Positions 36,485-48,432 of a DNA stretch of 64,000 nucleotides are shown piece after piece. The notes beneath the pieces are model-generated. The model saw nothing but the letters and a program-made list of their open reading frames with translations. It searched no databases and was not told the origin of the DNA. The stretch comes from Monocercomonoides exilis PA203 (lineage: Eukaryota > Protista > Preaxostyla), in assembly GCA_001643675.2 (NCBI GenBank), contig LSRY02000031.1, positions 372,001 through 436,000 on the forward strand, given 5' to 3'. The stretch's first letter is position 1. The number at the start of each line of letters is the position of its first letter. A program made the translations under genes and the position numbers.

Positions 36485-38686
36485 TAGTCAGGGACAAAAC
36501 CCGGGACACTTCAGTCTAGAATATTTTTTTTGAATGTTTATTTAAAACTATTCCGAATTATAAAACATTTCTTGATTAACTTTCTTGATTTCATCCTTTG
36601 AATACTTGTCAAAAAATTTGTCTCTTCAATAAGAAATTATATCAAATAGAATGATCAAACTTCCCTAAATCATATGAAAAAAGCAAACGTTTCTTCGCCT
36701 CTCCCTTTCAACAAATTATCACCGATTAAGGCCTCAGCAGAGTTTCGCCGGCTCCCTTCAAAAGTGGAAAAAGTTGATTATCTTCTGAAACAAGATGGAA
36801 TTAAACCTTCAGATCTTGTGAAAGATAAAATTATTACTCATTCTTCCATTTACCGGCATATGGCTTCAAAAAAAGCAGGGCGTGATCCTCAACATGCTGG
36901 TAGACCAGGACTATTTAATAAAGAAGAAATAGAGGAAATAGAAGATTGTGCAATTGCACAAATATCATCCACAAACAAATTGACAGTTTCAGACATTATC
37001 AGATTCGTGTGTTGCTATTTGTTTGTTTTATTATTTAATTGTGCATTTTTGATAGTCAGAAAATGTGATGATGAAGAAAAAGAAGGAATGCACACAAACG
37101 ACTGAAGTCAGGAAAATCAGCAAAAAATGGGCACGCAGGTTGATAAAGAAAAGTGGATTACAGAAATTAATTAAACCAACTTTTATAGATCTTCATCGCC
37201 TTCAAGCGTCCACAATAGAAAATATGAGGAATTGGTTTTCGTTGTTTAAAAAATGTTATTGATGATTATTATATTTCATCAGATTTAATTATCAATATGG
37301 ACGAAACTGGCATCTTGATGAAGCAGTCGGACGAGGAAATAGTAGTTACAATAGAATCTCAGCATGCATTTTTACCAGAAGCACAGAGAAGGAAAAATGC
37401 TACATTATTTTTTTCGATTTTTGCAGATTGGACGTCACTTGATCCAATCATGCTATGGCCTTCTCAGACCCTTTCCGAGGATTTAAAGGAATAGAAGTAT
37501 CATCGTATTAACTGTTTGGCAAATGGGACATGCTGGATGACAAGAAGAGATTTTGAAAAGGTTATGATAGAAATATTATTACCAAAAATTAATGAGAAAA
37601 GAGTTGAGCTTCATGGACAGTCTTCCTTCGCTTTGATTATACTTGATGGGCATTCCTCTCGCCTAAGTTTTCCAGTTATATCTTGGTGCAGAGATCATTT
37701 AATCCATTTATTGATTCTTCCATCACACATAACACATCTTACTCAGCCGCTGGATAGGTTTGTATTCGCGCATTTCAAAAACAGCCTTAAAAGAGCATTC
37801 TCGGTTCCTTCTGATTCGTCAATTTCTTCTTACAGAAAATCATTAATACCAGCAGTATCAGAAGCGGTTAATAACTTTCTCTCTTCAAGAATTGTGAAAA
37901 AGTCATTTGAAGCATGCGGAATTTTCCCGTTAGACCCTTCTGTCGTATATCAGTGCCTCTCGCAGAACATTGAAGCCTCTTCGACATCAGAAAAAGTGGT
38001 AGACAATTCTTCACTTTCATGCAGTATCTGCATGAAATTAATAACTGGAGATAATTTTTTCGAAAGCTTTTCCATGCAATTCGAAAAAAAAAAAGAAAAG
38101 TCAGCAAAATAGCTCGGTAACAAAGCAGGATGGCGCAATGTCTGAGGTGAAGGAATTATCAAATGTTAAGGACAAAAGCTCAAATGAAACAGGACCTGTT
38201 GAAAATGTCAACTTTCAAAACCATGGAAGGAAAACAATTATTCACGATGATGTTTCTTTGGAACAATCTGATAATTCAGAGGATCAAAAAGAGCAACGAG
38301 ATACAACAGAAGAAGAGATTCTTTTCCCCAGTGAAAAAAGGAAAAGAAAACTAACTTCAGAAAGCAAATAGGGATCCATCTTTAATTACTGTTAAAAAAA
38401 TTTAATGTGAGTTTCAAATTATTTATTCAATTCATATTTCAACATGGTTCAACGTTATTAAATGGTGCTTTGTTTTCTATTGCTTTTTAAGCGACAATCT
38501 TTTTTAACTGATATTTTTATTGCAAATTCAATTCAGATATTTTCATTTGGCTTGTTCGATCCACCCAAATACACGAAAAACTCGATCATCAGTATATTTT
38601 CCCATGAAAAAGTGTTGAATTGTGTCAAAAAAAGCTAAATGGAATATCCCGTGTTTTGTCCTTGTCCCGGGTTTTGTCCCTGACTA
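36485..38686 (+). mobile_element. pogo-superfamily DNA transposon (~2.2 kb)
   Basis: 24-bp perfect TIR TAGTCAGGGACAAAACCCGGGACA with TA flanks (36483-84, 38687-88); extra subterminal motif copy at ~38647-38661; DDE transposase inside. Confidence 0.92.
36674..38371 (+). pseudogene. pogo/CENP-B-type DD35D transposase, disrupted
   Basis: HTH region with AGRPGLF; in-frame intron 37007-37055; MDETG, ILDGHSSR and QPLD with 35-aa spacing. +1 frameshifts in A-runs at ~37250 and ~38090 and an in-frame TAG at 37492. Confidence 0.88.
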
Positions 38687-39029
38687 TATATCAAACATTC
38701 GCTCTTCCATTTTGATATAGCGATTATTGTGCAAAAAATGTTTTCAAAAACCTCTATTCATGAATTCTTTTCATTTTTTCATATGAAATAAATTCATGAA
38801 AATAGTTTAAAGAATATACACTGGAACGAGAAAGTCCAGAATGCAAACATGGTCGATGCAAAATGCTATTTTCATTTGGAGGAAAGCATTATGTGTATTG
38901 AAAGTGTGACAAATGTTATGAAAAACAAAATGCTTTTTAAAGTGCGCATTTGGTCAATTCTTCAACTCTTTTAGATAATTCTGATGATTGCTATATAATA
39001 ATGTATTGGAGTTTCTGTTTCATATAAAT

Positions 39030-41890
39030 GTGAACTCTGGGAAAATATGAACTTTCATGTTTTTTTGCACAAAAAAAATAATATGTTTCACTCACAACTT
39101 TTCTTAGCTTTCTCAGATTTTAAAATAAATAGGATTTTCACATCAATAAACATATGTCATTGATATCACAACATCATGTTTTCTTTCCTCACAGGTTTTT
39201 CAAAAAATGAACAAATTTTGTCTGGATTTTCTGATCAAAAAAAGTCAATAAAAAGTGAATAATTTTTCTTTGAAAAAGCTTGGCGTTTCATATTTTCCAT
39301 CAACTGTTCGTGATTCGTGAGGAAAAAATTCACGATTGAACAAATGTGCACATGTTTGATGATTGTCAACATGTGAGATTGTTTTTGATATATTTCCATT
39401 TTTCGGTTTATTAAATATCCAAAAAATATTCAACACTTGCCTAATTATTTTTCTTTTAAATGAAAAAAGAATCACCATTATTTCAAAATAGAAAGAACGA
39501 TAAAATTGAAGATCAAATGTGTGATAAAACATAATTTTTACTTGTCAGCATTTATTTCATAATATTCATGGCAAATATCCAAACAGAAGAATTCCACAGA
39601 ATATTTTCGAATTAAAACATAATCACTAATAAATAATTTCCCCTGTGACAACATTAGGATAAACATTAACTATACAACAATATTTTTGCGAAAAGAATGT
39701 GACATTAACGAATGGCATGGTTTTCGATGTGATTGTTTCCTTTATGCACCAAAAATAACAAAATCAAACTCATTTTTCACAAAATGTTTTTGTTGATAAA
39801 CAAAATGAGTTTGTGTTGATTAGGCATATGTTGAGGAAATTGGACAGAATTATTTTATTTGCTTCAATTAAGGAAACGAAATAGTTATATAGTGGAAAAA
39901 TATCCTTTCAAGCTTATTTTGCACAAAGCACAAAAAAAATGTTTCACTTTTTGCATCGTTAAACTTAATCAGATTTCAAAATGAATTTGATTTTCATTCA
40001 AGCAGACAAACTTTATAAAAAGTTTCACAAAAAAATTTATGACCTCACATATATTTCGAATAGAGAGTTAATGTCATTTGTGTTATCTGATCACAAAAAG
40101 TTCATCTTATGAGCATTACTTCTCAATGAAAATGCCTGAAGTCAAATATTTTGTCCCAAATGAATATGGGAAATTGTAATTGATATCAAACTTTTTCTAT
40201 CAAAAAATACGTTGAATAAAAAAATTGTTTGAAAAAAGAAAATAATTGACCAATACAAAGAAAACTCAACAAAATTGTGTTTATTTTTTTTCTCAAAAAT
40301 TGTGTTTAGCAAATATTGCTATTCAATGAGATTCTGACCACGAAATATCCAAACTGACAATAAGAACAATGCAATTATCTTCATTCCGAAAAAATGAATG
40401 ATTTCAAAAACAATCACACACATATGCAGGAGATTACAATTGAATCCTAATTTTTTCCGTGAATAATTTCTGTAAGTGAATAAACTTCAAATGTTGACAT
40501 ATGAATTCCGATGAGAAACGACCTTTTTCAAAGAAAAATTATCCTTTTATATCATCTTCAGCTTCGTCATTAAAAACGACATAGGCACATAAAACATTTG
40601 AATGAATAATTGTTTCTAAAAAGAAAGAAATCATTAAAAGGATAAACACTTCGAAAATAGTTATGATATTAAAAGATATAACGCATATATATTTGTATGA
40701 TAAATTTTGAAATCAAAACTTTTTTCTGGATGTTGATGTTTCAAAAGTTGTTCGTCTTTGACTTTTAAATTGCCATTGAGATGAAAAATGTGCAATATTT
40801 CTTTCATAAGCCAATGTTTGAGATTTGTTCATTGTTATATTTTCTTTTTGTGGGAGAATGATTTTCGGAGTTCATTTTTTCATATTCAAAGCATATTTTC
40901 TTTCAGAATTTTTTGATAGAAATAATATGATATCAATAATAATCAAACATATAATACATAGGACGAAATATTTGACTTCAGTCATTTGCATAGAAAAATG
41001 TGCACTTTTGAAAAGCTTTTCATATGGGACAAAATGTTTTGCTTCAAGCATTTTCATTGAAAAATAATGCACTTTTCATTGACTTTTTTGATCAAAAAAC
41101 ACAATAAAAATGAGTCCATTTTTTGACATTTGTGAAAAGTTGAAAAACTTTTCGTTTTGATTTCTACGATGCCTGTTCACGGATATGAAAATCAAATTTA
41201 TTCCAAAATTTGAGAAAGGGAATAAAAGTTATGAATGAATCAATTTTTTTTGTGCTTTGCGCAAAAGAAGCTTGAAAGTCCGTATTTTCCACCATTTAAA
41301 TATTAACAATTCAGAAAATAATAATTGTTATATATAAATCTGATGACTTAAAAAATATTTCATGGAATTATAAATTCAATCATTACCCCAAAAATTATTC
41401 AACATCGAAAAAGTTTTATTCATACGGGTGATTATTTTTGTAACCACATTTTTTCTTTTAACAATTTCGGTTTGAAAATTACTTTTGGGCATCAACAAAT
41501 GAACAATAAAAAGTGAACAGGCATATTCAAGACCTCTTTATTTTCATTTCGAGTCAAGCATTTGTTTTTGAAACAGTTATGATAATTTCAGTATATGGGT
41601 GATTTTTTTTGATATCATAAAAAAAGATCAAAAATCAAAAAAAATTAAATTAATAGTGGTATTTATTGATCAAAGAGTTAATTTGATTTATAACAGTATT
41701 TAGCTTTTATTTCTGTCATATATATTTGTAAAATTTATTAGAACAAAAAACAAACCTTTTTTATGTTTTTAGTGAAAAAGAAATTATTGATTATGTTTAA
41801 TAAAAACAAATAAAAAACAAATAAATGAAACTTCAAAAAGATAAATAGTCATATCATAATTGTGAAAACAAAACTTATAAAGAAAATCCA
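39030..41890. repeat. Cluster of decayed MITE-related repeats
   Basis: A ~270-bp unit at ~39039-39300 (+), ~39890-40165 (+) and ~41020-41295 (-) is collinear with 47841-48085 + 56401-56430. The TTATGAT(A/T)TCAAAAA.AATCACCCATAT-like motif recurs at ~40400, 40660, 41425 (-) and 41595 (-). Confidence 0.75.
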
Positions 41891-41949
41891 TATTTGTTGA
41901 ACAATGTTGATGGATATTTATGTACTAAATAACATTGCTTCAAATAACA

Positions 41950-44900
41950 TGCATTGAGTTTTGCTTTCATTGAGGTAAAACTTCATCACCAATTTCCTGC
42001 ATCAGCTGAGCAGTTCAACGACTTATTATAACAACGAAAGGAATGGAGTAGAAACAATAATGGTTGATCACAAGAGAGTCTATCTCACTTTTCTCTTCAA
42101 ATTCTTTTTATGAAATGATTTTCTAGCCATCTTCTCCATCCGCTGTTCATCTTTCTTCTGTTTCTGCTCCACTTCATCGAAATCCCCCATTTGAAAATGT
42201 TGCCCATGTTGTGCACTTTCATTCATATTGTTTTCATTATTTATCATTCGTTACACTTCTTATCGCTTATTAGACTGAAAAAAAACGTGTTAATCTTTTT
42301 CTTCGAATTCGCTTTGTTCATTTTCTTTTTCTTCTTCTCCTTTCAGCCAGCTCCGTCTTCCTCAACCACACCTTCATCACCAGTCTCACTTTCAACAACC
42401 TCAGCGTATTCCACCTCACCTTACTCGCAAACATCTTCTTTCTCAGCTCCTTAAACAGTTCCAACAGTACCATGAGCAGCGTCATCTTGGTGCACAGAAA
42501 CCAGCAAACTTCCGCAGGCGATATGTTTTCTTTGACATGAAGATCAGCCTGTTCTGCTTGATTGAAAATGTGAACGAAGGAAAAAGAAGAAAAAAAAGAA
42601 GACGACGAAGAAGAAGAAGAGAAAAAAGCATATTTAACCAATAGATATGATATAAATATTGGAGGTTATTCATATAACTGCAAATGACAAACAGATTAGT
42701 TAATGAAGATGCTGATGAAGATCGGAAAAGATGCAGATCCGTTAATTTTTGATCGACAGAAACATCGTCTTCCTCAATTTTATCGCTAAATGTACCGATT
42801 TACGAGTTTTAGAAACATCTTCGCTCGCCTCTTTCGGAAGAATCGTTTTGAACAAAGAAAAATCCAAGTTATTCTCGAATTTCGTTAGATGTCCCTCTTC
42901 CATTTCTTCTAATATTTCTTCAACTTGAGCAGTGTGATGGTCTGCTTCGCCATTCAGAAGGAGAAGAAGCGAAGAGACGAAGGTGGTGGGAGATGATATG
43001 CAATCTTCATCTTCATCAACAGTACCTGCAATTGATCCTTCGGATTCCTCGAAGGTGGAGACTTCATACGCTTCTGCATCAGCCATGGACTTCGTCGAGA
43101 GGTGGCTGCTGATTGTGGTGCCTGAAGCAGCAAGCGTGCATTTACATCAAAATAAATAGTTTCAAAGAACGTTGCAGACGCTTCGAGGGATATGTTGTAT
43201 GTGCTCAATGAGAATCTTTCTGCGATGCTTTCAGTTCCGCTGGTGCTGCAACTTCCGCAGCTTGCTGCACCAGCAGGCACGAAGTTGATGAGCAAGCGGA
43301 TCTTTGCGGCAGCAGATGTGAATGCGCTCCCGTCGATCTACGATTTGTTCGACTTGTCGCTGCTTCTGTCAGCGATAGCACGGCTGGTGTCGCGATTGCA
43401 ACGGTCAATGTGTGTAGTGGTGAAACTTGATGAAGAAGTGAAGAAGTGGATAAATGCACTGTGTAAAGAAGGAGGAGAGGTTGGGAAGAAAGCATTGGAG
43501 GTGGATGGGCAGAGGATAATTGATGTGGTTCTATTGTCAGCAGCGATTGAGCTGGAGGTGCTGGAGGAGGGCGAAAAGGCAGAGGAACGAGAAAGAGGAG
43601 GCAAAGAGGGAGAAGAAGATGGTAAAGTTAATTAAGATAATGTATTCGAAAATGAAAAAGCTGAAAAAGCGAATCACTTTTCGACGATTGATTGCTGAGC
43701 CCTTCTTCGATATCTGATTTCAGTCAGAAAATCTGAGCAAAGAGTGGTTAGAATCTTCACAATACTATTCTTCTTTATTTTGTTTTCAGCTTCTCTTTTG
43801 CTCCTCTTTCTTTCTGAGCCTTTCTATTGTCTATGCGAATTGCATTTTCTTTATCTTCCTCTTCTTCTTCTTCTTCCTCTTCATTTTTCTCATTATCCAT
43901 GCATTTATCTGTCAGACACAACGATCCCTTTTCATCTTTATCACTCTCAAACTCATTTACACTCCTCTTCTCATCCTTTTTCTCTCCCTTCCCTTCCTTC
44001 TCCCCACCCACCACAATCCTCTGGCTTGTCACATTTGCTGCCCAGCTCAGCGCCTTACTCTGCCACTCAAACGCATCCCTCGTCGCTGACACGCTGCCGC
44101 TTGCAAACACACCTGTTTTGCCCAATCTGCTCTTCCAGAGAATAACACAAGGGATAAGCAGCGAGAAGGAAGTGATAGAAGAAGATAAAGACGAAGAATA
44201 CATGTTCGAAAAATAGGTTGAGCTTGTGTGTGATATGTCGAGTGACTTTTGTGAAGTAAATAGGAGTCTGTGGCGAAAGACGATTGCGTGAGTGGCTTCG
44301 GCAGAGTTCCAACAAGAACAGAAGGGGAAGACAATTGTGTGTGTTGTAAGGGAGAAAAAGGAGGAGAAGCAAATGCAAAGAGGCTGTGATAAATTGAGTG
44401 AACAGCTGGGCAGTTAAGAGTGTGCTGCCGAACGAGCAAAAATGTTTGCTGCTGTTCATCATCATTTTCATCACCTCCTTCTTCTCTTCCCATGTCCCTC
44501 CTCCTCCTTTCTGTTGCTGCATGAGCAAGTTTTGTGTCGAAAGTTTCAATATGAGATGCGCAAAACTCATCTTTCTCCTTCTTCTTCGTCTTCGCCTTTG
44601 ACTCTCCCTGCTGTTTCCCTTTCCTCTTATCTATGCTTAACTTGCTTCTGAAATCCGCCTTCTTTGCCTCTTCCATTTGAACTTGGACTTCTCTCTCTTC
44701 GCTTCTTGGTGGTATCATAAAGCGAGCAGATGAACGTAATGTGCCTGTCAGCTCCTGTGCATTTCCCATCCACTCCTTTCAGCTCATTCTGAACAGCCTG
44801 CTCACGGATATCATTCAAAACGATAAAGCAGAGTGGGATGCGCATCTGCAGAAGAAGAAAGCAAATAATTTGACAAAGTGAAATACAACAGGAGGCATTG

Positions 44901-45120
44901 ATGGAGATGATGTTGCTGTTATGAGAAAGCAAACTGAATGTAATAATTTTTGGTGGATGCAGTCTATCTGCTGATTGAATAGCTCATATTCATTTCAAAG
45001 AAGACGGAATGATTCAATACGAAGAAAGCTGAAATATTTCAAAGATGAAGCAGAAGAAGTTGAGAGGAGAAGGAAGAAGAGGAAGAAGTCAGAGACGAAG
45101 AAGATGGTGAAAATGAATAT
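41950..45120 (-). pseudogene. Multi-exon hypothetical gene, heavily frameshifted
   Basis: Chain of overlapping protein-like minus ORFs in different frames (44627..44932, 44047..44769, 43775..44203, 43338..43604, 42954..43295, 42742..43086, 42318..42641) with intron-like AT-rich gaps. Confidence 0.5.
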
Positions 45121-45499
45121 TTACAATGATTGACAAATCCACAAAAATTCAAAAAAAATTTTCGAGGAAGAAGTGGGAAGACTCCACGTGATGTTGTTGA
45201 ATGAAGGAAATTCCTCATTTATCAAGTTAACTTCGCAACAAAATCAAACCAAAATTGCAGATATTTTGGCTGATATTCTGTTATTAATCAATAAATGCTG
45301 ATTTCTTCAAATCAACTCACTATCTTTTCGCAATTTCCTTGTTTTTTCCCTCAGAAATTGATAATAATAAAACTCTCAATTTCCTTTCCATTTCCCTCTT
45401 CGATTCAGCTCACAAAATTCTCTGAAAATATCAATTCCCTCCTTTTCTTCATCTTTTTCATTCTCTTCCAAAATATCTTCTCCTCTCATTAAAAAAACA

Positions 45500-46480
45500 C
45501 CCCTCTTCCACTTGAACACTTCTCATTTTCCCTCTTCTCATCGGCTTTTTCCCTCTTTTCCCTTCTTTTCAAAATCCATTTCTCCCATCAACAATAATCA
45601 CCTTCTTCATCATCCCCAGCCACTTCTCTATATATTTACTGCATTTTCTTCTCCAAATCACCGTTTGCTCTTCCCCATCCCTCTGTCTCAGAATTTCTTC
45701 CATTCGAAAACCCCTCTTGAAATATTAACATTCTCAAAAATACTCAGCTCCTTCCCTTAGCAACAAATAATTCTCTTTCATCTCTTCTCTGCACAATATA
45801 TCTCCAGCATCTAGTGTTGGCGAGATAAACCTCAAATACATCTTTTGGTGGTTGAGGATATTATTAAAGGAGATGATCATGCCAAAAACAGAAAAACCCC
45901 TTTGGACAGGCATCACAATGTGTACGGGCTGAGAAGACTCTCCAGAGAGATATACGATATTCTTTGTGGAGACGCGTTCCGTGCTGCAATTTGACCATTC
46001 TGGAGCTGAAATGAAGAGATTATTTTTAGAATGATGAAGGCTGTGGAGATGAAGCTGTTTGACAAAATACATGAGAGCAGATGTTTGATCTTTATTTATT
46101 TTTCTATATATGAGTATAAACCTGTTGATGTTTTTTGTGTTTTTTTCAAAGCAGGAAATGGAAATGAATGAAAATGAAAAAAAGCAGGATGTCTCATAAT
46201 GTAAGCTGACCATCGAGTTGAGGCATCAGATTCATATGGAAAGTGCCCAGGATGAAGGGATTGGGAAGGAAATTGAAGATGTTAATTTTTGAAGAAAACC
46301 AGGATGCTCTGAATTGAGAAAGATAGAATTAAGCTTAATGAATAAACTTCACATTTTTTGGAAGAGAAAGAAATCTGCACTTTTTTGGAGAAATAACTGT
46401 TAGAAAGGATAATTGAAGAATCAGTTGGTAAAACTAGAAAATCGATTGATTTCAACAAATTTGCTTCGATTTTTAAAATC
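45500..46480 (-). pseudogene. Degraded gene fragment (possibly a surface-protein N-terminus)
   Basis: Short ORFs 46282..46482 and 45734..46213 with protein-like stretches, broken by stops. Confidence 0.25.
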
Positions 46481-46799
46481 AATTTTTTTTATTTCTTTGT
46501 TATATCATAATTTAACAGCTTTTTTTGCTTAAGATATCGATAAATTATGTGTTGTGATTATTGTTATCATGCTTTTTGAACCAGTAAACTTTTGTTTTGC
46601 TCAGTTAATTAAAATTTCGATATTTTGCGAATAATTTTTTAATGTTTTTTTGAAAATAAGTAATAAAAACAATTGGAAACAAATTGAAATTAACAAATAA
46701 TAAATAATAATAATAATTCGAGCAATATATTTGAATGATCATCACTTTCATTTTTCCAATCAACCCAACCCTTAATGAAAAATATTTTTGATCAAACGT

Positions 46800-46926
46800 C
46801 GGAATTTTTTATGATATCAAAAATAATCGCCCATATATAAACACAAATTCTCTTCCCAAAAACAAACAATCTTTGAATAATCAGCACACCGAAAAAGTTA
46901 TGATTTCAAAAATAATGACACATATT
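46800..46926 (+). repeat. Two copies of the dispersed TTATGAT(A/T)TCAAAAATAAT..CATAT motif
   Basis: Matches ~5868-5896 and ~5985-6046. Confidence 0.65.
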
Positions 46927-47510
46927 CGAAAAAGATGAAAATTTATTTTATGTTTCAATTTAAGTGAAAAGCAATGAAATTATTCTGATACAAACGTTGG
47001 TTAATTAAAATGTTTATTTAATGATAATGTTTTTCATTTATTATTAGCTGCTGTTTTAGATAATATTAAATGATATTCATAAGCCCTTTTCTCATTTTGA
47101 TAATTCAAAATGATTTATTTTGTCAGTTTCAAATGCGATAAATGACATTAAAACCATTTCGTATTTTTATAAGTGAGATTGGTTTGAAACCTTTTTGATG
47201 TGTTACAGGATTGAAAACTATCCTAACTTTTATATTTTTTCCAGAAATTACTTATAAATTCCGGAGCACATGTGAAGAGTTTTATAATAATTCAATTTTT
47301 TCTTTTATAATACTGTAAAACTCATTCGAACACAAAAAAACAACAAAAAAATGTTTTTGTGATTGTCATTAACAAATTTCTCAGACCATTCACTGAAAGA
47401 AAAGAAATTGACACGAGTTTGAATAATGTAAATTTTTTCAAAATTGTTGATGATGAAGTATTTTCGATGTTGACTAACTTTTCGTTCGCGAATACAAAAT
47501 GGAAAAGCTA

Positions 47511-47557
47511 AAATAGAATAGAATAGAATAGAATAAAATAAAATAAAATAAAATAAA
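47511..47557. repeat. (AATAG)n(AATAA)n microsatellite
   Basis: Seen directly, just left of the outer TIR. Confidence 0.8.
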
Positions 47558-48432
47558 ACAAAAAAAACAAAAAATAAAAATACAGTTTGTGCAAAAAATA
47601 CCGGACAAGATCGATATCTCAATAACCACAAGAAGAAAAATTCTGATAATTTTCCTTAAAATACATCTCGTCAATGCAAACTCACATGTCCAACAAGACT
47701 TTTTAAATCGCATCATTCGTACTCAGAGAAAATTATTTTTTTATATTTCTGAGAAATAGGATTTCAAGTTTCTCCGAGATTTCAAAAATTATTTTTTATA
47801 TATTCAGTAGACGTGAAAATGAAAGTTTGATATGACAAATGGGGGAAAATACGAGATTTAAAGCTTTTTTTGCACGAAGCATTAAATTTTTATTTCGCTC
47901 AGAACTTCATAAAACGAACTCAGATTTTCAAGTAAATTGGATTTTCTGATCTGAATACTAACGCAATTGACATTGCAACATTATATTTTATTACCTCACC
48001 CGTTTAAATTAAAATGAACCCATTTTGTTGATAATTTCTATTCAAAAAAATTTAAACCAAAAATGCAAAATTTTTAAATGAAAATTAACCCTGGGTGACG
48101 TACTGACTTCTGACGTGAAGTTTTCGAATTTTGACGGACGTGACAATAATTTTCACGTCACAAAGCAAAACCAACATAATTGTTTTATTATTTCATTAAT
48201 GCAAATACAGTTTGTGCAAAAAATACCGGACATCGCAAAAAATACCGGACAAAAAATTTTATAATGGAAAGATAAATTTTCTATCGATTGAAAAAATAAT
48301 AAAATTTTGTGTTGATGAAACGAAATAATTTCTTTTTTTGTTTATTTCCAAAAAATTTTTTTTATTTTCCAAATTTTAAAAATATGGGTTTATTTTTTCA
48401 CATTGGACCTGAAGCAGCACAGTCAAAGCACT

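Noticed and set aside
37492-37494. In-frame TAG as evidence of TAR=Gln recoding (known in some oxymonads)
   Set aside because: Multi-kb ORFs here contain no in-frame TAA/TAG, use CAA/CAG for Gln, and end in TAA, TAG or TGA. A simple nonsense mutation is more likely.
36380-38715. Possible small spliced gene (MSERTKPAPFISKTKQ...) interrupted by the pogo insertion
   Set aside because: The reconstructed product is only ~26 aa with no recognisable similarity.
5600-41890. Inverted 300-bp homology as TIRs of a 36-kb giant element (Maverick-like)
   Set aside because: The copies are strongly diverged, belong to a dispersed family, show no TSD, and enclose no integrase, polB or capsid genes.
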